The translations under genes and the position numbers were made by a program. Below are positions 20,301 through 32,300 of a stretch of DNA of 64,000 nt, one piece after another; positions within the stretch are counted from its first letter, which is position 1; each line of letters starts with the position of its first letter. Source of the DNA: Lama guanicoe (Eukaryota); NCBI GenBank assembly GCA_013239625.1, contig MU057102.1, positions 1,947,432-2,011,431 of the forward strand. The letters are read 5' to 3'. Below the pieces are notes generated by a model. That model had not been told where the DNA came from and made no database searches. It saw nothing but the letters and a program-made list of their open reading frames with translations.

Positions 20301-23300
20301 CCTGGACACCTCACTTTACTGAGGGGATTGGCCCTAAAGGCTCCAAGTTGGGAGAAGGTGGAGGTCCAGTCAGGGCCCTCCTCTTGGGGACAGCAGGGTA
20401 CAGGGCTGCACTGGTGGTGGAGCCAGGACAGGGGCATGGCTTGACCCCTCGGCCACCTCTGGCTCTCTCTCAGGATCCAGCCTCAACCCCACGGTCCCTC
20501 CTGCCCCCAGAGAGAGCCACAGTCTAGCCTCAGCCTCCAGCCCTTCTGGGCCATCCCAAGGCCTCTGCTGGCCCTGGGCCCCCCATCTCACTCTGCCTGC
20601 CTCCATGGAGACTGACTGGGTACCCCTGAGAAAGCTTGAGGACGGCCCGACCAAAGTCCTGTTCCTGCTCGTGACACGCACGAGGTCTCCCGCCATTCGG
20701 TCTCCAGCTCAGACTGTGCTGAACCCCTCCTCATGCAGCAGATCGGTCCTGAGCACCTACTGGGGGCCAGGACTCCAGCACACAAGGGGTGGGTGGCAAC
20801 TTGGATGTCCTGAGGCCTCTCTGAGTGCAGGCTTGCAGGTGGGGATGAGGGGTGGGGGGCTGGAAGGTCACGCTGCCAGCCACTGGTGGCCCGTGGCTTC
20901 CACTCTGAGGGGCCCAGAGGTCAGGTGGAGCAGACCAACGGCGAGGCATGTGGGGAAGACAGAAGAGGGGGATGGACAGAGGATGGACAGGCAACAGGAG
21001 ACCCAGGGCCGTTGGCCTGAGTGGCCAGGAGGATGGAGTAGTCAGAACTTCGGCCAGGGGTCTGGGGCAGGGGTGCTGGGCCAGCCCGGTCAGCCTGAGA
21101 GGACTGTGGAGTGGCCAGGCTGGCCCAGGAGCTCCCAGGCACTAGCAGGAGAAGGTCCACACAGCTCCGGCCAGGCCAGGGCCAGGCCAGGGCACAAGAA
21201 CACACTGCTGGAAAGGGCGTTCTGGAGAGCGCCCCTGCAGAGGCCGCCCTCCTGGGACTTCCGTGTCCCAGGAAAGCAGGCAGCCACTCCAGGTCACATC
21301 ACAGTTTGTGCTGGGGAGGCTGGCTGGCTGCCCCAGAAAGCAGGTGTGCACGGGAGGCGCGTCCCCCGGCCACCCAGACAGAAGGGCCAGGCCTCTACTG
21401 GAGAGAGGGGACATCTGAGTGGACAAGTGCAAACGTGGCGGGAGTGGGGGTGGATACAGGGACAAGAGGCTGGATCCTGGGCTGGGGAGAGCTGCACAGC
21501 TGGCCCAGGAGCCCCGACACCCCTGGGGTCGGGCAGCTGGACCCCCTGTGGCTGTCGTCCTGTCACAGCTGGAGCCAGGCAGGCTTCACCAGTGTCTCCA
21601 GCCCAGGGCTTCTGCCTCAGCTGGGACTGAGCAGGTGTGACACACGGAGACCGTCGCTGGGGTCCAGGCTGGGGGAGTGGCTGGGCACTGGGCAGCCCGG
21701 TGCAGATCGGCTCCCAGGACTCATGGCCACACCAAGGGCATGTGGTCTGGGCACTTTTCCTGCCAAGGTAAAAGGTGTGGCCCTGGAGTGGGCATGTGGC
21801 CTCTGGTTAACACTAGCCCCGTTCCCATGGAAACCAGGTTGCTAGGCTACAACGACCCCTGGCAGGTGGGCTGTGGGCGAGTGAGCAGGAGAGCTACCGT
21901 AACTGCTGCCAAGTGGGCTGAGGGCTCCCCACTGCTCTGCTAACTGGACACATCTTTGGGGACCCTGGACACTGTCAGTGTGGCATGAGGCCCCCAAATT
22001 GGCTGACTTCTGCCCCACCCAGTGAGCAGCATGTCCTCGTGCTGGGCCCCCGGGGACCCAGGCCAGGACGGATCCCTTGCGAGTGCTCCTAGGGGAGGGC
22101 TGGACGGGCACTGAGGTAGCCACAGGGCCAGCTGAGGACAGGGGCAGGGAGCCCAGCTGGCCTGTGGGCCCCCCGAGAGTCTGGCCTCCTGGAGGGGCTG
22201 AGGGACTCTGGGCCGGGACCCAGACCCAGGCCCCCAGTGCCAGCACAGCCAGGTGCCTGGGTGAGGGGCTGAGACGGCGGTGGAGGGGTGGAGGGATGGA
22301 GGGCCCAGCCACTGGACTGAGGAAGGGGCAGTTAGGGAGAGAAATCTCCAAACCTAGGGCCCAGGGAAGGGCTCCAGACACCCCCTGGAGCAGACTTCTC
22401 CCAGACCCCACATGGTAAGGCCCGCACCCTGGGGTCCTGTGTCACAGCTGATCGCTCAGCCCAGGAGCCAAGATGAGGACCTGCCGGCCCGACAACACCT
22501 AGGGGTGGAGTGGGTGCTGGGCCGGGGCTTCGGTCAGCACTGGAGACCACTCCTCAGCTGGCTCTGGACACCTTCACCCAAGACCCTGTTCAACAGACGT
22601 GCCTTCCTCCCTAGGGAGTAGCGCCGTCTGGGGGCGACTCCGACAGCCTTGCTGTGGGCACAGGCGCCTCCTCCCACTGGGCGAGCACTGCCCTCTGCAC
22701 AGCCGGGGACACTGACTCAGAACCTGACTCTCGCTCTGCCGGGACCTGAGGTCCCAGCTGGTCCTCCCCAGGACGGGAACTGCCAGAGCACGCTCACCAA
22801 CTCCCAGAGTTTTGTTGGAAACCAAACAGGTCAGAAGGTGGCTGGGAATTTGGACCAAATCCCCTGCAGGGAAGGTGCGCCCTACAGTACAGGCTCCATG
22901 CCGGGGCCGCGTGTCCCTCTGAAGACCACCATCTTTCAGCCACACTGGGCACTGACAGTCCTTTGCATACGTGGGTGCTGAGGACTAAGGGCCAGGTGGA
23001 CAGGCAGCACGGCTCCGAGGGAGACCCTCCCTGGGTGGGGGCGCACTGCTGGCAGCCTGGGGTGGGAGCCTGGGGACCCAACGGCACCATCACACGGGAT
23101 GGAGGGGCCATGGCGGCCACCACACTGCTGGGCAACAGTTCATGGCAGCTGGAATTGGCGAGAGTAACTCCGGGTGAAACCCGCCTTCTGGCCCCAAGAA
23201 TACGGAAGCTGGCCCGGGGGGTACGAGCAGGCTCTTCACTGGGACTAGGAACCTTGGGTGTGGTTCCCATGTCACAATGGACGTGGGGCTCATGGACCAG

Positions 23301-26300
23301 CGGGGGATCCATCTGGCAAGGCCGACAAGGAGGCTGTCCCCCAGGGGCCTCGTGGGACAAGCAGATGCTGCACAGAAGGACACGTGGCCCAGGCTCTTCC
23401 CAGCTCCAGAGGGACACTGGGCAGATCACAGGCCCTCATGGCTCCTTGGCACCTGCCTCACTGGCCTGTGCCCAAGTGCCTCTCCGTCCTCCCTGTTCGG
23501 GACAGCTGGGAGCCAAGTGTCCAGGGTCCCCAACTCCTTGGGGGCTAGGGGTTGGTAGTGGCTGTGGAACTGGTCCCTGTCAGCGGTCAGGAGGAGCCCT
23601 CAGGGCTCCGGGTTTCCACCCCACAGAGACTAGTACACGGAGAGCGACGCACTTGGGAAAGACAGGGACCCCCAGGCACACTGCCCATGCAGATGGGCAT
23701 GCAGGGGGAAGGCTGAGCACACCCTGGGTGAACAGCGTGGGCCCGACACACTCAGAGCAGAACGTGGAGCCGGAGGAGCTGGGTGGGGCTGACGGAAGAC
23801 TGACAGCAGGCAGCCAGCACACCTCAACCCTGGGTTCACGGCGAACGAGCCAAGAGAATCCAGCCTGGCTGCCTCACCCACCCCCTCCTGGCACCCCTTC
23901 CTCTGCCTGGAGGCCCGATGCCGATGCCGGCTCTTGGGGCGGGGGCCTCCCGTGGGGCCCACGGGAGGGGCTCGGGAGCGTTTGCTGAGTGAATGGTAGA
24001 TCTCTGAAAGCCAGTGTATTCAAGTAAACCCAGTGACTCCCACACACAAAAAACGTGCAATACTTTCCCTGGATTAAGATACCCTTATTGTTTTTCTAAA
24101 GTGGAAACAAAGTTTCAAATGAGAAAGGAGAGAGTTTTAAACCAGTCCGGTGATGAGATCTAGAGTTTATTTCTCCGGGAAGAACAGATGCCAAACACAG
24201 GTGAAAACTACACACAGGAGTCTACAAAGAAGAGCAGGACAGGACAGCCAGGCCGCGGCGCAGGCCGTGCGGGGCGGCGCGCGCGGGCGGCTGCGGCTTC
24301 GCCCGCTCCGCGTCCGCGCGCCGTCCCAGCGGGAAGGCGCCCGCCCCACGCAGCGCCCGCCCTCCACAGCGCCAGGTGCGCACGTGCGTACGACCGTGCG
24401 GAGACCAGCACCGCCTTGGGTCCCCACGGAGACGCAGTTGCAGGTCTGACAAGACCCAGCCCCGGGGCAGGACTCTGAGTGCCGGCGGCATCCTGACCGG
24501 GGCCTTCCTGCCGCTCCCAACAGCGGTTCATGACCTAGAGCGTCCGCGCATCACGGGGCACGCAGGGGACACCGGCAGCCTCCAGGGCCCTGTGGACACG
24601 CACGTGGACAAGGCTCCTCGCCTACACCGCGGGACCAGGGATGCAGGGACACTGGCGGTGGCCTCAAGCCCCTTCCAGGAGGCCGGGGCCTCGCTTCACC
24701 TGCCAACACTCGTGCTTCTGGGGAATGGCTCCGCCGCCAGCCGTGCTGCCTGCCTTCTCATGCTAAGTTCATGCTTCCACCTGGAGGGACACCTGTGACT
24801 GGCCGGGTCAGGGAACCCCATGGGGCCCCGGTGCCTGGGCACGCATGCTGTCTGACCAGCAGGCGGAGGGTGGCCAGCCCTCCCTGTGTACGGACTGTAG
24901 GCCAGTCCTCCCGTTGTCATTCACATGGGGCTTCATGCACTTGCTCCAAACACTTTTCTCAGTCTTGAGATCAAAATACTGAAAGTGCTAGCTATCAGAA
25001 ATTTTAAAGTAACACATACATTTTCAGAAATCCCCAGGGCCTTGCTTGGTGGTGTTCCCGGACCCAGGACTGAGGAGGAGGCAGCAGAGACAGTGCCACT
25101 GTGCCCGGTGTGGGCACCGCCTCGAGCCCCGCTCCATGGTGGGACACCCCCTCTGGGCCCCTCAGCACCCACCCCGCCCACTCTCGAACCTCAGCAGCTG
25201 CCGAGTCCCTTCAGAAAAGGCAGATGCAGCCACGACAAACAGTAACCGGGAAAGAGGCCACGTGAAGCCTCCCGAGAGCTTATGGGGCCAAGGGCTAACC
25301 TACCACAGCTGTTTCTTTTTTATTGGAAACTGGGTGAACAACACAAGGTGGACAACACGGGGTGGGCGACACCAGGCGGGCAGGGAGCAGCAGAGTCACA
25401 GGGGGGCAGGGGTGTCACACTGGGAGGTACCTGGTCTCGCAGGCCCCGCCAAGTTCCGCGGGGCAGGGGGTGGCGGCAGGAAGGTGCTGTTGGGGCTGTT
25501 GATGTCTCCCTCCCCCGTGAGCGTCAGGTCAGCCACATGCTCGCCCTCCACGGTCTGGACGTCCCCGGCCTCTGCTTCCTGCACCGGGGGGCTGGGGGTC
25601 CCGGGGGCACAGAAGGGCGCGCTGTCCGCAGAGCCAGGGCTGGTGGCTGGGCTTTCTCGGCAGTCCCAGGCAGGCCCCTGTGGCTCCTGGGGCCCGGGAG
25701 CCCTCTCCTTGCCGTGGCCTGTTATGGGTCTCTGGCCGAAGGCCTTGGCGGAGGCCAAGGATGGGGTGAGCTCCGTAGGGCTGGGGGGCAGACGCAGGAA
25801 CTCAGGCAGCACCAGGTCCTCCTTCCTCAGCAGCCCGCGCTGGTCGTCTGCTCTGTTGCTCTGAGCTTTGGAAATGAGCTCAAAAAACTCTACGGAAGAA
25901 AACCCACATTGACTAAGTTTTAGAGAGTCTACCGTCTGACACATGCAGCCAAATGCACGTCTGGAAAGCTCAGTCCCGCTGCCCAGGCCTCCTCACTCCT
26001 GTCTGTACCTGCAAGAGCTGCAGGGACACTCTCTCTGCTCCTTCCTGAAGTCAAGCTGCCTGAAGCCCAGACTGAGAACCCGGCCCAACTGGACCAACCC
26101 TGCGCTGACGGGTTTCCGCAGCACATCTCTGGTGCCACATGATTCCTGGCTCTCTTCTGAGGATTACAGACGCCACTGGCCAGACACTACGGCCTGAAAG
26201 ACCCAGGACGTGCCCCAGCCTGGAGCCCGGAGCTGGTGAACCAGCCTTGGCCAATGTGAAGGATGCCCAGGTTGTGTCACCACGACCCGGGGGCCTCTGG

Positions 26301-29300
26301 GGGTCACCACCCTTCAGAATAGGGTGGTCCAGATGGGGCCTGAGACTGGCGTCCAGCCCTGAAGGCCGGACCCCTCTGTCCACACTGGGGGCCCCATGGC
26401 CCCGGGCCCCTCCCGGGCGGCCTCGGGTGGCCTGCTCTGTAGCTCCTGCTTTGCTGGCTTCCAGAGCTCTTCTTTTTCCCACCTGGGCGGATTCCCAGTC
26501 GTAACTCAAGTTCACCGTGCAAAGTCGATGGTGGCTACACTGACTTTTTTCTAGTCTTTAATGACAATCTTAGTTTCTGAACAAGGAGTTTAAAAATCTC
26601 AAATCTCGCTGGCTTTCAGAAAGGCGCCAACTGCAGACAGCTGTGTGTGTTACTCCCGCCTGATGTTGGCCGTCACAGGGAACCGTGACAGCCCAGCAGA
26701 CCAGGATGTGCTCCCTGGGTCAAAGCTCAGGTCACGGGAACAGCTCAGTTTCAAGTCAGTTCTCAAGCTTGTCTTTGTTATAAGCTTTCGGAAGCAAAGG
26801 AAGTTTCCAGCACCCTCCCTCTCCGTCTCCTGGTGCATCCTTCCTCCCCTGCGGGCAAGGAAGAAGCGCAGGTGGCCAGCCCCACAGGCTAACACAGCCT
26901 TTCCCCTGGGCCTCTGGCCAGCAGAGGACAGCCAACCCTGGGCCCTCCTGCCTGCCACCTTCTGGTGAGGACCCTCAGTGACAAGGACCCTGATCCCTGA
27001 GCCTCCCTCTGAGCCAAGGACCTGGCTGTGGGGAGGAGACAGACAGAGGACCCATACGGGACTCCTGACTCCTAAGGGGCCTGGCTCTCAGCCTGAAACT
27101 GGAGTCCTTGTAAAGTCACACTGACAGCTGAAGACTGACGGGGGACAAATTCTCAGTGTGACAGGGATCACAGCCACCCTGATGTCAGTAACACAGGGCA
27201 AGTTCCAACGATCACATGGAAACCTGACATTGCATTCACTAAAAACGTGGAAGTTTTNNNNNNNNNNNNNNNNNNNNNNNNNNNNNNNNNNNNNNNNNNN
27301 NNNNNNNNNNNNNNNNNNNNNNNNNNNNNNNNNNNNNNNNNNNNNNNNNNNNNNNNNNNNNNNNNNNNNNNNNNNNNNNNNNNNNNNNNNNNNNNNNNNN
27401 NNNNNNNNNNNNNNNNNNNNNNNNNNNNNNNNNNNNNNNNNNNNNNNNNNNNNNNNNNNNNNNNNNNNNCATGACAACACACAGTTCATCAGTGATATAA
27501 CAAAGGGCTTTGAAACGTAGATTGCATTGATTTGGACTTAAAATGTGTTGCAGAGAAGTCAACCACAACGATGACGGTTAAAAAAGAACAGCACGTCAGG
27601 CACCCCCCACCCCGCACCCCCCAGGCCAGTGGGCGGAGGCGGCACGAAGGGACCACGAGAAGAGCCCCACCTGGCCCACCGCCCTGGATGCGAGCCCAGC
27701 CCGACCCGAGGCGCAGAGGGCCACTGGGGCCGCGGGCTGGCGGGGCTGGCGGGCCACCCGCCCGGAGCGTCGCGTCGCAGGGGAGGGGCGGGGGGGGGCG
27801 GGCAGAGGGCAGTTACCGTAGCCGACTGGCTTCTGGAACTGGTGCTGGCAGATGTGCTCTGTTTGACTGGCACACTTTTCTGTTTATCTGTGGACACTGA
27901 ACACAGTGAGATAAGCTTTCTAACTGCAGTGAGCGCAAGTCCACCTCAGCACTGAACATAATCAGGTGTCTATGTCTTTAAGAGGAAAGCGGGACAGAAG
28001 CCAAAGGTGTGAGATAGTGGCCCCTTATCTACATGGACGCGGGGCCCGGGGACAGAGGACCGCCCTCGTCCGCCTGCCGTGTCTGGCAGGAGCGGAGCGA
28101 GGGTGACGTGGAGAGGGCTCGCGGTTTGCAGGTTTACTGGGCCTTTGTGGTCATGAGGTGAATGAAAGCTCATTCGGATACTGTTTGGCTCGAATGTCTT
28201 TAGAAAGCAGACGAGTTTCACACTAAGTATTTTCAGATATAGCCATTGCCCCGAGTCGGGGCCGCAGGCCGGCCCCAGTGGCCCTCACGGTCCAAAGACG
28301 CCTCTCTGGCCCAGAGAGGCCTGGCGGAATCACAGCACTCCTGCCTGCGAGCGGCGTCACAGTCGCTGCCTGCGCGGGCCGGCAGCTGCGCCGTCAGACT
28401 CACCTGCGCGCAAACAGGCCAGGAGGTCCGGCCGCGTCGGGCCCGAGGGAGGCACTGAGCGCCTGCGCCCTGTGCGGGCCGCTCACCCTCTGTGGTGGCT
28501 ACCAGGCCTGGGGGAGAGCGCACGGCCTTCTCCAGAACCCAGATGGGCCCAGAGGGGCAGGAGCAGCAGGCACTGGAGCCCCGAGGGCAGAGGGACCACC
28601 ACGGTCTGGGTCACCAGCAGGGATGGAGGCAGGTGACTGACTGGTGCCCCATTTCAGGGCTGAGCCAGCTCGCTCGGCCAAAGCCTGGGAAAGGGAGGGG
28701 GCAGCTCCACGTGGCCCCCAGCAGCCCTGACACGGCCACCTCCTCGCCTCACTCAGCAAGCTCCAGAAAGCTCTCTCCAGGAGACACGCCCCCGCCACCC
28801 TCCACCTGGGAGAGGCTGAGCGCTCCCAGAGGTGCAGGTCCCGAGGCTGCAGGGCCTGACTGAGCCCCAGCTGCCAGGCTGCTGCCCCAAGGCCAGGCTC
28901 TGGGCTGTAGGGACCGCCATGTCCCCGGGGCAGCGCTGTCATGGCTGAGGCAGCGTGCGGGAAAGGGCTCTGGAAACCACCCGATTCCACACACAAGGCA
29001 CAATGGGACCTCCATCACCACCCAGGCTCCCACCTCAGCTACTGCTGGGCCGAGGCCGGGCAGCACTGCCCTGGGGTCCCCTGTCCCTGGAGCAGAGGGA
29101 TGATGAGGCCTCCCAGGAACCAGGCACGCTGGAATCAAGGAGCAGCCCCGGGGGTTCCGCAGGGCCTGTCGCCCCTCCTTACGGTTGAGAAGACACCCTC
29201 AGGAGGCCCCAGCACGAGGCCCTCGCACTCCCGGTCCCAGTGCCTCCTGCCCAAAGTCAGGGCCTGGACTCGTCTAGGCCCCTAGGGTTGAGCTCGGCCC

Positions 29301-32300
29301 TGGCAGGGGGTCGCCAGGCCCGAGAGATGCTAAACCCCAGTGGCACCGCCTGGGCTGTCGCTCTGGGAGCTCAGGGCAGGAGCGGGCGCTTCCCGGGAGG
29401 CAGAGTCCAGGGGCCCGGCAGCATGACCCTGCTCACCTTTCCCTCGGGAGGGGTCCTTCTCCTCCAAGATGACCCGCTGTCCGTCCAGACTTGAGATGGG
29501 GGCTCCCAGGTCCAGGGGCTCCTTCTCTCCGTTCTAGAGGCAGAGAAGGTACAATGAGTAACCACCCAGCTGGAACTTTCCAGAACAACCGTATGTGGTC
29601 CATCTGCTGACAGCAAGACCTCCCCAGACTTAATGGAATCACACACCAGGTGACCCCAAGTCCTGTCACCTCAGCAGGGCTGGCTGCAGACTCCTGACAT
29701 GGAACAACCAGCGCTGGCTGGCCTGCCTGGAATGCTGGCCCTAGAAACCCACGGGGACCAGACTGCCACTCAAGTGACGGCCACTGGCTGCACTCGGCCA
29801 CGTCGAAGGTCCAGGGGTGAAAGACATGCAGCAGATGCTACAAACACCTGCGTCCACAAGCCTGGGGTGGTCAGCGAAGGTGGCCCAAGTCTCAGCACGA
29901 CTCCCCACCTGGATGCGGTGGCCCTGAAGCCCTCCGTGGCCTTCAACATGCCAGGAGGCGAGTGCGGGGGCAGGTGCCTCCCTGTGGGTGGGAAGCAGGT
30001 GGGCCCGAGGCCAGGGGTCCTGCCCTCCTCTCCTGGGGAGGCTCTCTTACTATTCAAGGTCCACAGCCTATGTTGAAAAAAGCATCTGAACTTGTGGTTT
30101 GGCTCCAAAATTCCCTGTAAGTCAGAACTATACGGTGACCAAATGCCCAGTGGGGGCTCTGGCTGAGTGAGGACCAGACCAAGGCTGGCAGGGTACTGCA
30201 TGCTCAGACTTCCTGGCCTCGGGAGGTCACAGTTCACTGAAGAGGGTCAGCAGGTGTGTCCAAGGAGAGCCACGTCCTCACAGCCCAACCTCAAGGACCC
30301 TCCACACCGCCCTCGCCAGTTCCCCAGCCCCAAGCCCCCAGGTGGCTGGACTGCTCTTCCGGATCAGGCTTCACCAGCCAGCCTTCAGGACTGGACACTC
30401 CTACATGACCACAGAGCACGTGTCTATGACCCGTCCCCCTTTTCAGTTAGGGAAACAGGCCCCGGGGGTTGGGGGATCACTTGCGATCTGACATGATCAG
30501 AGTAGGGAATGTGTCCCTCTCTGTCCGGGACACTCTGGACTCTAGGATGGCACCCCTACCCCCAGCCCCAATGAGCTGGGAGGGGGCTTCACGTCACTCT
30601 CGGGGTGTCCGAAAACAGCTGAGCACAGTCCTCTCACTCACGTCAAAGCTCATGAACAATTTTGGAGCCCATTTCAGAGAAAACTAAAATCCTAAAACTA
30701 CTTGAAATCATAGCTCTGATAAAGAATATTTTCTAAAGAAAGAACACAGGCAAGTGTGTCATAAATCACCACGTTTCACAGCAAATGTGTAGCACGTGCC
30801 GGGACCCAGCAGGGACCAGCAGACACGGGGCCCAGCTCTCCGAGCCTGCTGGCTCTAGGCATCTCCCTACGGACCCCCTCTGGTTGCAGGGACAGAGACT
30901 CTGGTCTTGTCCCCTATGAACTCATTCACCGAGTAACCCGGGGGCCTGGCGTGGCAACGCTGGAGAGCACTAGCTCTGCAGCGTGGAGGCTGGAAGCGGG
31001 ACAGACCCCAGCGGGGGCCCGACAGCGGGTTGGGCAGGTGGGGCAGGCGTCACCGCGCTCCGCCATCGGCTCAGATTTGCAAATGCTGAGAGGCTGGAGA
31101 GTTTTCATGTATTTGTTTCTCCTCCTTGTTTCCCTGGGCCAAAAGCCCCAAATCTCAGGTATCAACCCAAACCCCAGTAGGAACCACCAAGGCATGAAAA
31201 AACAACAAGCGTCTCCACCGAAGGGCATGGGAGCAGAGGGCCACGGGGCCGCCTCCCGCCCGGCCTGCCAGAAGGAGGGCTGCTGACAGGCCCCGGTGTG
31301 TCCTTGGTCCCACTGGTCACAGCGCACTTCGTGGACAGCTGGGCGCACACTGGGTCCCCGCAGGCAGCACTGAGCTGCAGCTGCAGCACGGCGGGCCTTG
31401 CGTCACTCACCAGCCGGGCCACCAGCTCGCTCAGGCGCAGACCGTACTTGGCTGCCACGGGCCTCAGCACCTCCGTGACGGGCTTGCTGGGCTTGGCCTT
31501 GAGTCCCACGGACCGGTTAATCGGCACCAGATCCAGCCTGGTGGGAGGGGAGAAACGGGCACATCTGCTATGGACCTACGACAACTGTCTCGTGGACATT
31601 ACGTCTTGAGAGCAGAGCTGCGTGGCACCCCTGGGGTCCCCGAGTCGTCCCCAGGTTCTGCACGAGAAGAGAGCCTGCAGGGTTTTCTCCAAGGCCTGGT
31701 GGGGCTGAGCTGGGGCGGCCACACAGGCCAAGAGCAGGCCCCTCCCCACGGGACGGCCCGAGCTCCGCATCCAGCCTGCCCGCCACCCTGGTCATACACG
31801 GGCAGGGAGAGTGCGCCTCTGGCCCCCGGGCTGTGAGCGGCTGCCTCCTACCAAGCTCAGGACGAGGGCGCCAGCAGCCCCTCCCAGCAGAGCAGAGGCC
31901 TGTGGAGGGGTCACCAGAAGCAGCCGTGTGGCTCTGGAAACCTCACAGAAATGACAGTTGCATTTTTTCTTACCGAAATAAAGTGCGTTTTTCTAGGCGC
32001 AGGTCCCTGGACTCCAAGATACTGCTGTCCTGATGCAGCACCAGAGGCTTTGGGACATGTGAAGGAACAGAGAGGGACATCAGGGGAGCCAGGGTGCCCC
32101 CCGCACCCACAGCGTGCAGCGCAGATAGCTGCACGGAACAGCCCTACCGGCCCAGGGCGAGAGAAGGCTCCCAGCCGTCCACTGCTCGTCCACAGAGGGC
32201 CCTGCACAGCCCGCCCCACCCCCCCCCCCCCCCCCCGGCCCCCCCAAAAAAACCCCCCCACCCCCCAGATGGCCTCCAGCAGGCGCACTGCTCAGGGAAG

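Noticed and set aside
20605-21630. 341-aa + strand ORF
   Set aside because: Low-complexity G/P/W/R-rich translation antisense within an RGS12 intron, no recognisable domain; expected by chance in GC-rich DNA.
22963-23988. 341-aa + strand ORF
   Set aside because: Non-ATG start, no domain, intronic antisense; chance ORF.
25046-25864. 272-aa + strand ORF
   Set aside because: Antisense shadow of the RGS12 GoLoco exon and UTR.
32211-32266. C18 run with adjacent C and A tracts (possible G-quadruplex on the RNA strand)
   Set aside because: Homopolymer-rich stretch likely to be unreliable in assembly; no further support.
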